Sequence record: PQ100635.1
Source of the DNA: Escherichia phage PNJ-9
Length of the DNA: 64,000 nucleotides
Strand: one strand, 5' to 3'
Part shown: positions 25,724 to 34,577 of the stretch, piece after piece
Layout: the number at the start of each line of letters is the position of its first letter
Numbering within the stretch: the first letter of the stretch is position 1
Notes under the pieces: generated by a model
The model's input: the letters and a program-made list of their open reading frames with translations, nothing else
Databases searched by the model: none
What the model was told of the DNA's origin: nothing
Position numbers and translations under genes: made by a program

Positions 25724-26458
25724 ATGGAGCTAATCTTTTTAAGCGGCATCAAACGTAGTGGTAAAGACACTACTGCCGATTACATCAATTCAAACTTTAA
25801 ATCCGTAAAATACCAATTGGCATATCCGATTAAAGACGCTCTAGCAATAGCCTGGGGACGTAGGCATGCTGAAAATCCTGATGTATTCACAGAGTTGAAA
25901 TACGAATACTTTGAAGGCATTGGATACGACCGTGAAACACCATTAAATCTCAATAAGTTGGATGTTATTGAATTATTGGAAGAAGCGCTAATTTATTTGC
26001 AAAGTCAATATTTACCAATTAATAATGTTAAAGTATTATCATCGTTAGAAGGTGGATATTCATATCTAGATATTAAACCATATGAAGCCCTGCGTGAAGC
26101 TATAAATAATATCAACGACACATGGTCAATCCGCCGTCTTATGCAAGCCCTCGGTACGGATGTTGTCGTTAATTTATTTGACCGTATGTATTGGGTTAAA
26201 CTTTTTGCATTAAACTATATGGATTATATTGGAAGTGATTTCGATTACTATGTTGTAACCGATACACGCCAAGTCCATGAAATGGAAACCGCTAGAGCGA
26301 TGGGTGCTACAGTTATTCATGTGGTTCGCTCTGGTACGGAATCCACTGATAAACATATTACAGAAGCTGGGTTGCCTATTGAAGAAGGCGATTTAGTTAT
26401 TACAAACGACGGCTCTTTAGAAGAGCTTTATTCTAAAATTGAAACAATCTTAAGGTAA
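25724..26458 (+). CDS. 1: deoxynucleoside monophosphate kinase gp1
   Basis: 244-aa ORF MELIFLSGIKRSGKDTTADYI...; P-loop-like SGIKRSGKDT; matches T4 gp1 as recalled. Confidence 0.9.
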   Translation: MELIFLSGIKRSGKDTTADYINSNFKSVKYQLAYPIKDALAIAWGRRHAENPDVFTELKYEYFEGIGYDRETPLNLNKLDVIELLEEALIYLQSQYLPINNVKVLSSLEGGYSYLDIKPYEALREAINNINDTWSIRRLMQALGTDVVVNLFDRMYWVKLFALNYMDYIGSDFDYYVVTDTRQVHEMETARAMGATVIHVVRSGTESTDKHITEAGLPIEEGDLVITNDGSLEELYSKIETILR

Positions 26459-26462
26459 TAAA

Positions 26463-27148
<686 letters not shown>

Positions 27149-27160
27149 TTTAACAAAACA

Positions 27161-27190
27161 GTTTACATAAGGATGATGGTGTGTTACTAT
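27161..27190 (+). promoter_or_regulatory. T4-type early promoter (GTTTAC -35, TACTAT -10) with embedded inverted repeat
   Basis: GTTTAC at 27161-27166, 18-nt spacer, TACTAT at 27185-27190; inverted repeat AGGATGAT/ATCATCCT flanks the -10. Confidence 0.55.
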
Positions 27191-27224
27191 CATCCTATCA
27201 AATAAACGACCTCAAGGAAATAAA

Positions 27225-27512
27225 ATGAAAACCTATAAAGAATTTATATCACCTGTTGCTAACGTTTCTACTCTGACCGAAGCAACCCTTACTTCCGAAG
27301 TTATTAAAGCAAATAAAGGACGTGAGGGTAAACCAATGATTAGTCTGGTTGACGGCGAAGAAGTAAAAGGTACTGTTTACTTAGGGGATGGATGGTCTGC
27401 TAAGAAAGATGGCGCTACTATTGTTATCTCTCCGGCTGAAGAGACCGCACTGTTTAAAGCTAAGCATATTTCTGTAGCTCAGCTTAAAATTATTGCAAAA
27501 ACTCTTCTGTAA
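27225..27512 (+). CDS. ipI: internal protein I-like capsid-targeted protein
   Basis: 95-aa ORF with N-terminal capsid targeting sequence MKTYKEFIS; sits next to 57B as ipI does in T4. Confidence 0.65.
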   Translation: MKTYKEFISPVANVSTLTEATLTSEVIKANKGREGKPMISLVDGEEVKGTVYLGDGWSAKKDGATIVISPAEETALFKAKHISVAQLKIIAKTLL

Positions 27513-27515
27513 GTA

Positions 27516-27545
27516 GTTTACATGCTGATAGGACTATGTTATAGT
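27516..27545 (+). promoter_or_regulatory. T4-type early promoter with 10-bp inverted repeat
   Basis: GTTTAC 27516-27521, TATAGT 27540-27545; inverted repeat GATAGGACTA/TAGTCCTATC around the -10. Confidence 0.55.
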
Positions 27546-27580
27546 AGTCCTATCAGATCAACAACCAAACGGAAAAACAA

Positions 27581-27844
27581 ATGAAAACCTATAAAGAATT
27601 TATCGCTGAATCTCAATCTTCTACTCTGTCAGAGAACTACGAATCATTCTCTTACAACAACGACCATGCAATGTTCTACGACCGAAACATCGGTACTTAT
27701 GTCCATGTATGGGGTGTTAAAGATGGTAACGTAGTTGTTAAGAAAAACTCTAAAGAAGGCAATGGTCGTGGCCAGGTAAAAATTACCAGCAAGAAAGCTA
27801 TCCAAGCTTACGTCGATTATGTTAAACGCGAAGCTGGTATTTAA
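27581..27844 (+). CDS. internal-protein-like capsid-targeted protein
   Basis: 87-aa ORF beginning MKTYKEFIAE (capsid targeting sequence with the L/I-x-E protease motif). Confidence 0.55.
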   Translation: MKTYKEFIAESQSSTLSENYESFSYNNDHAMFYDRNIGTYVHVWGVKDGNVVVKKNSKEGNGRGQVKITSKKAIQAYVDYVKREAGI

Positions 27845-27846
27845 TA

Positions 27847-27876
27847 GTTTACATGATGATAGGACTATGTTATAGT
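27847..27876 (+). promoter_or_regulatory. T4-type early promoter (near-duplicate of the 27516 element)
   Basis: GTTTAC 27847-27852, TATAGT 27871-27876, same GATAGGACTATGTTATAGTAGTCCTATCA core. Confidence 0.55.
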
Positions 27877-27906
27877 AGTCCTATCAAAACATGAGAGGAT
27901 AATAAA

Positions 27907-28092
27907 ATGAAACGCGCTGAACTGATTCGTAATGTTGCTGTAGTAATTGCTTCAATGGCTTTTAGTTTTTCGATGTTTGTAGGATTCATTTGTGGACTAC
28001 TGACGACAACCGAAAACTCTATCTCATTGGTAGTGGCATTTCTAATCGGCTTAATCGCCATCGTTATGGATAAAATTGCAAAAGGTGAGTAA
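27907..28092 (+). CDS. small hydrophobic membrane protein
   Basis: 61-aa ORF with two predicted TM helices (VAVVIASMAFSFSMFVGFICGLL / LVVAFLIGLIAIVM). Confidence 0.45.
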   Translation: MKRAELIRNVAVVIASMAFSFSMFVGFICGLLTTTENSISLVVAFLIGLIAIVMDKIAKGE

Positions 28093-28093
28093 A

Positions 28094-28456
28094 ATGAAAT
28101 ATCATGTATATGCTGATTTTGAAGCTAATCCTTCTAAAGACCCTGATTGTCGTTTGTTACGTGAACCGTTTGATTCAGCCACAGAAGCATGGCACTGGAT
28201 TAAATCTAAATCACCCGGTTATATGTTCTTTGAAGTAGTCGATGACAATGGTACACTGCATCCAGCCCCTACGGAAACTATTAATTTCCTTCTGTTTGCT
28301 GGTTATGAATACTATCCTTATGGTGGTATCGACGACCTTTACGCTAAAGGTAAAACTGTCGAAGCTCTTCGTGAAATATATAAGAACGCTGAAGAAAATT
28401 TCGACTGGTACCATATTGTTAATGCCCATACCTTTGAAGTGGTGGAACATTCATGA
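28094..28456 (+). CDS. hypothetical early protein
   Basis: ATG at 28094 (MKYHVYADFEANPSK...) overlapping the previous stop; no recognisable motif. Confidence 0.5.
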   Translation: MKYHVYADFEANPSKDPDCRLLREPFDSATEAWHWIKSKSPGYMFFEVVDDNGTLHPAPTETINFLLFAGYEYYPYGGIDDLYAKGKTVEALREIYKNAEENFDWYHIVNAHTFEVVEHS

Positions 28457-28743
28457 TTCTTTATGCTAAAGTAAAATCTGTTGAGAATGGTTATGAAAGC
28501 GATCAGCAAGCAGCTAAAGCATTGGTCAATGATTACGGTATTTTGACTAACTTTGAAGTTGAAAAAGTTTACATCGACCGTTCATCTTCGCAGGTTAAAT
28601 TACTCTGGGAAGACGGTAAATTTAATAGCGTGAATTTTGATTTCTTTATTGAAACAGAAAAAGGTCCTCTTGAATATGATATTTTCAAGAATCCTTTGAA
28701 ATTACGTTGCATTGAATATAATTACATTAATATGGTACGGTGA
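28453..28743 (+). CDS. hypothetical early protein
   Basis: 96-aa ORF translationally coupled to its neighbours; no recognisable motif. Confidence 0.5.
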   Translation: MILYAKVKSVENGYESDQQAAKALVNDYGILTNFEVEKVYIDRSSSQVKLLWEDGKFNSVNFDFFIETEKGPLEYDIFKNPLKLRCIEYNYINMVR

Positions 28744-28747
28744 GTAA

Positions 28748-29263
28748 ATGAATATTCGTTTAGGCAGTACAATTCCTAAGGGCTACGTAATTGATGTCAC
28801 TACCTATGAAAATGATGGTGACAACTATAAAATCAAAACATTGTTTGAAGTGGAAGAGCATGAGCTCCAACAGTTTAAATATCTCTTGAAGAAATTTAAG
28901 AGCCGTCATTCTAGCACTAAAGCCGAACGTTATTGCGGTAATACACCATTCAGTGATTGTTCGCTTTTAATCTATGAATACTTGGTTGAAGGACTGTTCT
29001 CAGACCAGCTTTATCCAGAATTCATTAAAAAGGTCTTTGGTATCGAAGTTGACCTTGGTGACAAATCCGAAGAAGATGAAACACGTGTATTCGACCTATT
29101 CTTTGAGAGCGGAGATGAGATATCTCAAGGACTTATTGATATTCTTGGCTATGCTTCTGAATACTATGATTACGATTTCTTGCGTGTAGTTGAACGTGTC
29201 GAATTTGCTTATATTGAAAAAGAAATTGTTTTGCCAACCGTTAAAATGGTTGATTTGCTTTAA
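28748..29263 (+). CDS. hypothetical early protein
   Basis: 171-aa acidic ORF; no recognisable motif. Confidence 0.5.
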   Translation: MNIRLGSTIPKGYVIDVTTYENDGDNYKIKTLFEVEEHELQQFKYLLKKFKSRHSSTKAERYCGNTPFSDCSLLIYEYLVEGLFSDQLYPEFIKKVFGIEVDLGDKSEEDETRVFDLFFESGDEISQGLIDILGYASEYYDYDFLRVVERVEFAYIEKEIVLPTVKMVDLL

Positions 29264-29342
29264 GAATTATGTGTTATTATTAATTCATACCCTCTATTAC
29301 TAAAGGTGCTCTAAAGTGCCTTTCATAATAGAAAGTTATTAA

Positions 29343-29417
29343 GGCCCTGTAGCTCAATGGGAGAGCTGTCAGCTCATAACTGATAGGTAGCTGGATCGAA
29401 ACCAGCCAGGGTCACCA
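29343..29417 (+). tRNA. tRNA with CAT anticodon (Met, or lysidine-modified Ile)
   Basis: Hand-folded cloverleaf: acceptor GGCCCTG/CAGGGTC, D-arm GCTC-AATGGGA-GAGC, anticodon loop CTCATAA, T-arm GCTGG-ATCGAAA-CCAGC, 3' ACCA encoded. Confidence 0.75.
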
Positions 29418-29420
29418 ATC

Positions 29421-29497
<77 letters not shown>

Positions 29498-29515
29498 ACT
29501 TCAAGTGAGGAAAAT

Positions 29516-29860
29516 ATGAAAGGCAATATTTATTTGGTAGTTCATGATTTAACGTTTTATTTTAACGAACAGGATACAGTTATTTCCGACCGGTTGATTA
29601 ATTCGTTATATCAACACGCTGATTACGTTTATTTTCAAAATGAATTCGGACATTGGAAGTTTCTTAAAAACCGTTCCGGGTTAACTAGTTTTGAATACTT
29701 TGACCGTAAAGACCTTTTAAACGAAATTCCATTACAACATCGGTTCCAGAAACGCGAATCACTATACTATTGTCGCCATATACCAAATGCTGAATGTGTT
29801 TATGAAGCGATTAATCTATGGCGTCGGCGTCGAGAGCAAATTGATGATATGCCAAAATAA
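29516..29860 (+). CDS. hypothetical protein in the tRNA region
   Basis: 114 aa from ATG 29516 (SD GAGGA); the ORF track's upstream extension overlaps the tRNAs and is rejected. Confidence 0.4.
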   Translation: MKGNIYLVVHDLTFYFNEQDTVISDRLINSLYQHADYVYFQNEFGHWKFLKNRSGLTSFEYFDRKDLLNEIPLQHRFQKRESLYYCRHIPNAECVYEAINLWRRRREQIDDMPK

Positions 29861-29861
29861 G

Positions 29862-30171
29862 AAGCCGGGTCGCTACCGGCAAGACGTCGGACTGATGTTC
29901 CCTGAGTAAGGACTGGTCTTAATAAATCTTTACGATTTGTTAATACCCCCTTACATCACAGCAGAAACGGCGCACAGAATTATCGATTCGAGGAAATATC
30001 TTTGCCGTAAGCCGAGTAGCGTTTTTGACGGAACGTTCGGATATGGTCGAGATATGGCCTTTTAAAAATATTGAGTAGCGTCAACTGCTTAATAACCGGG
30101 TTCGAATCCCGGCGTTTCGTACAAACACTTGCCTTAGCAGGTGGGACCCCGACAAGGTTGCCGCAAGGCAT
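29862..30171 (+). ncRNA. candidate structured stable-RNA region
   Basis: About 310 nt with no credible ORF, between the tRNA pair and a strong terminator; contains a perfect tRNA-like T-arm CCGGG-TTCGAAT-CCCGG (30096-30112) and several stems; could correspond to T4 stable RNA species, but no cloverleaf could be folded. Confidence 0.3.
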
Positions 30172-30201
30172 AGCCCCTTCCGAAAGGTTGGGGCTTTTTT
30201 G
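30172..30201 (+). terminator. rho-independent terminator
   Basis: GCCCC-ttccgaaaggtt-GGGGC stem followed by TTTTTT. Confidence 0.7.
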
Positions 30202-30209
30202 TATAAATA
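30202..30209 (+). promoter_or_regulatory. T4-type late promoter (TATAAATA)
   Basis: Exact TATAAATA directly after the terminator, 36 nt upstream of the 30245 ATG. Confidence 0.6.
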
Positions 30210-30244
30210 TAGTAAACAATAAACCTACTTTCTAAGGACCATCA

Positions 30245-30871
30245 ATGTATACTTTTAATGAATTTTTAGCAGAAACGGAAGTAATCACCGAAGCCGGTGT
30301 ACGTATGACAAAAGAGAAATGGCAAGCTGCTTACGATGCTATTTCTGGTACAAAAACTAGTACAGAGTTTTTCAAAAACGTTCAAGCCATGTACGGTATC
30401 GACACTTCCAGCCAAAAAGAATATTACAGAGCTTCTAAAGCATTCAAAGATATTGTTAGTGGTGGTGTTTCTGCTAAATCGGGTTCGCCTAAAGTAAAAC
30501 CTGCTCCTACCATTCCTAAACCTGCGACCCCTAAAGCAGTAGCAAAACCTGAGCCTAAGCCGGAAGTAAAAGCAACTCCTAAAGCTCCTGCTCTTAAGTT
30601 TGATACTTCTAGCCTGGAAAAAAAATATAAACAACTATCTTCGCTTGTTCGTGATATTGAATCCGATACATCTTCACTCGTTCGTGAATTCAATATTCTT
30701 CGTAATGGCCAACATATCAACAACCTTGATACCCCAGACCTTTATCGTCTTTATTTGACTATCGAAGGTTTGAAGTATACTCAACCACTTCACGATGCGA
30801 TTAAAGAAAAACTTCGTCAGGCAGGTCGTTTGGCTGCTGACGCTGCTCAGTATGCAAAAACTCGTAAGTAA
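30245..30871 (+). CDS. late-expressed protein with a diverged capsid-targeting-like N-terminus and Pro/Lys-rich linker
   Basis: 208-aa ORF beginning MYTFNEFLAE (compare MKTYQEFIAE); low-complexity PKVKPAPTIPKPATPKAVAKPEPKPEVKATPKAP segment; bracketed by a late promoter and a hairpin terminator. Confidence 0.6.
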   Translation: MYTFNEFLAETEVITEAGVRMTKEKWQAAYDAISGTKTSTEFFKNVQAMYGIDTSSQKEYYRASKAFKDIVSGGVSAKSGSPKVKPAPTIPKPATPKAVAKPEPKPEVKATPKAPALKFDTSSLEKKYKQLSSLVRDIESDTSSLVREFNILRNGQHINNLDTPDLYRLYLTIEGLKYTQPLHDAIKEKLRQAGRLAADAAQYAKTRK

Positions 30872-30876
30872 AGAAT

Positions 30877-30895
30877 GGGGACTTCGGTCCCCTTT
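30877..30895 (+). terminator. C(UUCG)G hairpin / weak terminator
   Basis: GGGGAC-TTCG-GTCCCC followed by TTT and an overlapping CCCC-ttta-GGGG alternative stem. Confidence 0.5.
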
Positions 30896-30923
30896 AGGGG
30901 GTCTATAACTTACTGAAAAAGTT

Positions 30924-30952
30924 GTTTACTTCTTCCCTAGATGTGTTACTAT
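30924..30952 (+). promoter_or_regulatory. T4-type early promoter
   Basis: GTTTAC 30924-30929, 17-nt spacer, TACTAT 30947-30952, then CCTATTAAAACATGAGGAGAA leader. Confidence 0.55.
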
Positions 30953-30980
30953 AGTCCTATTAAAACATGAGGAGAATATT

Positions 30981-31484
30981 ATGAGTCTTTACACTGAACT
31001 GAATAAAAAATCTGAAGAATCTGCTGAAACTATTTTTAAAAACGTGCAAAAGCGTATTTTAGAAAAGATGTATAACACTGCAGCTAAAGGTGAAAAATCT
31101 TGCCGGTTTCCGATGAGGTGTTCTTCCGATTTATGCGCAAATACTATTGAATGGCTGGAAAGCGAAGGTCTTACGGTAGAGAAAAACCCGGCGACTTCTA
31201 TTGACAGTGAATCATATATTAGTATTTCTTGGGATAAATCAAGGGTAGAAGAGAAAGATGGTGATTGGGTTGTAGATGTTAAAACTTCTGATGGCGGACG
31301 TTCTGTTGAAGTTTCAGCTGTAGTTAAAGGTACCCACGAACAAAGGACTTGGGGTTGGGGTGGTGAAGAAAAAGAAATTGTTCTTAGTGTGATTGCCAGG
31401 TCAACTAGTAATAAAATTGCACAAAGCATCATTGACGCTGCAATTGCTGAAGCAGAAAAAATTTGCAAAATTAAAAATAAATGA
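30981..31484 (+). CDS. hypothetical early protein
   Basis: 167-aa ORF after an early promoter and SD GAGGAG; no recognisable motif. Confidence 0.5.
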   Translation: MSLYTELNKKSEESAETIFKNVQKRILEKMYNTAAKGEKSCRFPMRCSSDLCANTIEWLESEGLTVEKNPATSIDSESYISISWDKSRVEEKDGDWVVDVKTSDGGRSVEVSAVVKGTHEQRTWGWGGEEKEIVLSVIARSTSNKIAQSIIDAAIAEAEKICKIKNK

Positions 31485-31542
31485 TGTACAAACGCCAAGG
31501 ACGGTGTTACTATAGACCTATCAACTACAGAGGAGAAACAAA

Positions 31543-31770
31543 ATGGTTACAGTTAGTATTGATGTCGTTGATTATGAATACACCGAAGAAGTTATTCGCA
31601 ACCGTCACCCTGAAGTTCGTATCGATTCAGTCCAAGATTCCAAGTTTTGGACAACCGAGCTTAATCTGAGTGGTCCTTATGAAGCTGTTAAGAAGTTCAT
31701 GGTTGAAGAATACTGCGAAGGCATGCACCCCGAGAACGCCGAGTTTTATGTCAATTTGATTAAAAAATAA
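31543..31770 (+). CDS. hypothetical early protein
   Basis: 75-aa acidic ORF after a promoter-like element and SD GAGGAG. Confidence 0.5.
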   Translation: MVTVSIDVVDYEYTEEVIRNRHPEVRIDSVQDSKFWTTELNLSGPYEAVKKFMVEEYCEGMHPENAEFYVNLIKK

Positions 31771-31799
31771 TTTACAAACTCTTGAGAGCAGAGTATAAT
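31771..31799 (+). promoter_or_regulatory. sigma70-like early promoter with 8-bp inverted repeat flanking the -10
   Basis: TTTACA 31771-31776, 17-nt spacer, TATAAT 31794-31799; TGAGAGCA/TGCTCTCA arms; near-identical copy at 63321-63348. Confidence 0.55.
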
Positions 31800-31840
31800 G
31801 CTCTCATTGGATAATAAACCACCAATTGAAAGGTAATAAT

Positions 31841-32434
31841 ATGAACACACTGAAGAAACTTGTTGAATTCATCCGCACTAAACTGGGTACTGCTATGGCT
31901 AAAAATCTGACTGTCGAAGAACAGTATAACGCAGCTGCAGATAAGTTGATTACCCAAATCAAAGAACTAAAAACGGCTTCTGTTAAATCTATTAATGAAG
32001 AAAAACGTATTCGCGAACTTGTTATTGAAAAGAATAAGCAAGCCGCTTCTAAGGAACGTGAAATTCGTAAGCTCTTGGCTGAAGGACAAGATGTTACCAT
32101 GCATGCTAAGCTTGGTCTTCTGTATCGTCGAACTGCCGAACAACTTAATACAAAAGCCGACGGGTACGCTGCTATGCGAATTGAAATTGCTCGTAAGGTG
32201 GTTGAACTTGATGATGCTCGTCAGAACCTGGCAATCAAACTTGAATACATTCGTGAAACTCGAGCGGCCAATGCCCTTGGTATCTCTACGGCTGATGATG
32301 TAATTGAAATCGCTGCACTGACTAAGGTTGATATCGAAGACACTCTGACTCGTGTTGAAACGTTCAATGGCACTCCAGCTGGTGTCGAAACCACTTCTGC
32401 TGATGTACAAGAATATATTAACTCTTTGAAATAA
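31841..32434 (+). CDS. coiled-coil early protein
   Basis: 197 aa from ATG 31841 (SD AAAGG; ORF track starts at TTG 31826); predicted long helices. Confidence 0.5.
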   Translation: MNTLKKLVEFIRTKLGTAMAKNLTVEEQYNAAADKLITQIKELKTASVKSINEEKRIRELVIEKNKQAASKEREIRKLLAEGQDVTMHAKLGLLYRRTAEQLNTKADGYAAMRIEIARKVVELDDARQNLAIKLEYIRETRAANALGISTADDVIEIAALTKVDIEDTLTRVETFNGTPAGVETTSADVQEYINSLK

Positions 32435-32442
32435 AATAATAC

Positions 32443-32464
32443 GGAGGACTCCGGTCCTCCTTTT
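32443..32464 (+). terminator. rho-independent terminator
   Basis: GGAGGAC-tccg-GTCCTCC followed by TTTT. Confidence 0.65.
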
Positions 32465-32483
32465 GGATAATAAAGGAGTTAAC

Positions 32484-33080
32484 ATGCGAAACCAAAATAA
32501 TGATATTGACTCAATGTTCGAAGAGTTCCGAGATAAGGTAAATCCACCTACGTCTTTAGTTGATTCATTACGATATGTTGCAACTGGACGTAAATGGTAC
32601 TGGTCGTCTTCTTATGAGACAACTGAATATGCAAATAACCGAAAATCTTTATTAGCCCCAGGTATTATGATTCATGATATCGGAGCTATTGCTAAACTAG
32701 TTGCAGACCATGATATTAGATTCACTGATTTCGTTGCTCCTACGTGGTCTGTTTGTTGTTTAAACACTGAATGGGAATATATCAGCGAACGCTCTGAAGA
32801 TTATTATGGTTTTAGAGACAAGCTTTTAAGGTCTAACATGTTTTATATTGATACAGAAGTTCTGGTCAATAATAAAAAATATTACTTTACGTTAATCGTC
32901 GATTCTGAAACTATGTATGAAGGCAAGCCTTTGCTTAAAAGAGTTGATGCTTTAAGTGCTATTGATGCGCTTTATGAAACTATGGTTGTTAGTCCTAATT
33001 TCACTAACAATTTAATCCTTGAGCAATTTATTATGGAATGTAGAGAATATGTCAAAGCCAACCCTATACATGCCAAGTAA
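32484..33080 (+). CDS. hypothetical early protein
   Basis: 198 aa from ATG 32484 (SD AAAGGAG; ORF track starts at TTG 32463). Confidence 0.5.
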   Translation: MRNQNNDIDSMFEEFRDKVNPPTSLVDSLRYVATGRKWYWSSSYETTEYANNRKSLLAPGIMIHDIGAIAKLVADHDIRFTDFVAPTWSVCCLNTEWEYISERSEDYYGFRDKLLRSNMFYIDTEVLVNNKKYYFTLIVDSETMYEGKPLLKRVDALSAIDALYETMVVSPNFTNNLILEQFIMECREYVKANPIHAK

Positions 33081-33444
33081 GCCCTGGGCGTATGAATACA
33101 AGCGTAAATTAATCCCAAATGAAGTACTATTTGGCCCTATTTTAGCTTTAGCGTTTTTAATCTTTATGATTATAGGAGCTATTTTAGATTCCAATAAAGT
33201 TATATCGTCTGATGCAGTGTTTTTACTTATTATACCCGGGTCGTTTATTGTACCATTTTTATTAATGCCTATTAACTGGGCAGGATATTGGTACCAAGGC
33301 CGTCATCACAGAGCTCGAGTTCGTGAGTGGAAAGTTCAGTGCGCAAAAGCCCAAGCTCAATATGATGAAGCTGTTAAAAAGTATGAATATGAAGAAGCTA
33401 TAGAATTCGTTAAGGAAATAAGATGCAAAAGCCTCAACTCTTAA
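33049..33444 (+). CDS. 2-TM membrane protein, FIKECR-tail family member 1
   Basis: Two hydrophobic helices, then a helical tail ending EEAIEFVKEIRCK; start at internal ATG 33049 is uncertain. Confidence 0.5.
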   Translation: MSKPTLYMPSKPWAYEYKRKLIPNEVLFGPILALAFLIFMIIGAILDSNKVISSDAVFLLIIPGSFIVPFLLMPINWAGYWYQGRHHRARVREWKVQCAKAQAQYDEAVKKYEYEEAIEFVKEIRCKSLNS

Positions 33445-33782
33445 CCGTATGGCCGTCTCTTGGTGAGAACATTCTAATTTTTATTATGAGTATTGGCATG
33501 GGATTTGCCTTTGGATTAGTTGGATTTCTTATTGACGGAGTTGTGTTAGGATTTATAGGGAATACAGGTGGATTCACAGACCAATGGCAGGACCTAAGAT
33601 ACACCCAAGCTTTTGCATCTATCGCATCATTTTGTACCGTAGTCTATTTTTACTACGATTTTATAAACCATAACAAGAAAAATAAAAAGGTTTACGCTTC
33701 TCAAATGATTAGTTATAATGAACTCCTAGCTAGACGTGAAAATGAAACAATAGAAAACTTTATTAAGGAATGTAGAAAATGA
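33423..33782 (+). CDS. 2-TM membrane protein, FIKECR-tail family member 2
   Basis: 119-aa ORF with two TM helices and C-terminal ETIENFIKECRK; overlaps both neighbours. Confidence 0.55.
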   Translation: MQKPQLLTVWPSLGENILIFIMSIGMGFAFGLVGFLIDGVVLGFIGNTGGFTDQWQDLRYTQAFASIASFCTVVYFYYDFINHNKKNKKVYASQMISYNELLARRENETIENFIKECRK

Positions 33783-34084
33783 GTAAGATTATTGAAATTA
33801 AAGTACCAGAGTTTAATGATGCCAAATCCGCTTCAGATGCAATTTATAAACTTCTGAATCAAGCTGAACGCATCGAAGAAGAAGCAACAAAGATCGCAGA
33901 CCAATATGCTGTATCATTTTCTGTAGGTGATTATGGTAGCGGTCGTACTTATTATCCTAAGGGTGAAATTGTATCCCAGTGGATGAAAGATGAAATTGAA
34001 AATAATGGTGGTGATGTTAAACGTGAAGGTAATGGTTACGTTATTACTGAAGGTGCTTGGGTTTCTTCTTCTGCGATGTGCTAA
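33779..34084 (+). CDS. small protein, W-SSS-C tail family member 1
   Basis: 101-aa ORF ending GAWVSSSAMC; N-terminal amphipathic helix; overlapping ATGA start. Confidence 0.55.
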   Translation: MSKIIEIKVPEFNDAKSASDAIYKLLNQAERIEEEATKIADQYAVSFSVGDYGSGRTYYPKGEIVSQWMKDEIENNGGDVKREGNGYVITEGAWVSSSAMC

Positions 34085-34093
34085 GGAATCATT

Positions 34094-34366
34094 ATGTCTA
34101 AAGAACAAACCGAACTGGCTGAAGCCGTAGCAAAAATCTATGCAGCTATTGAGGCTGCCAAAGAAATTGCTGATAAACAAAACACAACATTCGACTTGTA
34201 TCCAGCTTATGGTATGGGTGGAACCTATCATTCACCCGGACAACTTAAAGCCGATCTTGAACGTTGTACAAAAAACGGCTATGCTGAATGGGCTGACGTT
34301 TACCAATACGACTACAACCTGAGCCTCGAAACTGGTGGTTGGATTGCATCTTCTCACACTTGCTAA
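34094..34366 (+). CDS. small protein, W-SSS-C tail family member 2
   Basis: 90-aa ORF ending GGWIASSHTC; shares the Y-G-x-G-x-T-Y-x-x-P-G core with member 1. Confidence 0.55.
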   Translation: MSKEQTELAEAVAKIYAAIEAAKEIADKQNTTFDLYPAYGMGGTYHSPGQLKADLERCTKNGYAEWADVYQYDYNLSLETGGWIASSHTC

Positions 34367-34375
34367 GGAAACCAT

Positions 34376-34573
34376 ATGTCTCGTGAATTAGATTGTGCTG
34401 TACGTACGGCAGTAGCTGCTCTGGAAAACCTGTTCCAAATTGCAACAGAAGAACGCGAAGAAGTTACATTGTGGATTGAAGATAACGCAGGTCTGAATCT
34501 CCAGGACGCGATCTCATTATCCAATAATAGCATTACTGTTCAAGGCTGGGTATCATCTAGTTATTCTTGCTAA
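34376..34573 (+). CDS. small protein, W-SSS-C tail family member 3
   Basis: 65-aa ORF ending QGWVSSSYSC. Confidence 0.5.
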   Translation: MSRELDCAVRTAVAALENLFQIATEEREEVTLWIEDNAGLNLQDAISLSNNSITVQGWVSSSYSC

Positions 34574-34577
34574 AACA

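Noticed and set aside
30029-30120. Possible third tRNA built on the T-arm CCGGG-TTCGAAT-CCCGG with a pairable 7-bp acceptor
   Set aside because: No 5-bp anticodon stem with a 7-nt loop could be folded in the intervening 60 nt and no CCA is encoded; kept only as a candidate structured RNA.
30266-30723. Minus-strand ORFs (122 aa and 99 aa) opposite the 30245 gene
   Set aside because: Low-complexity Arg/Phe-rich translations produced by the antisense of the Pro/Lys-rich tract; no start context.
31841-32434. PspA/IM30-like annotation for the coiled-coil protein
   Set aside because: Similarity is only compositional (long helices); no motif-level match could be established by eye.
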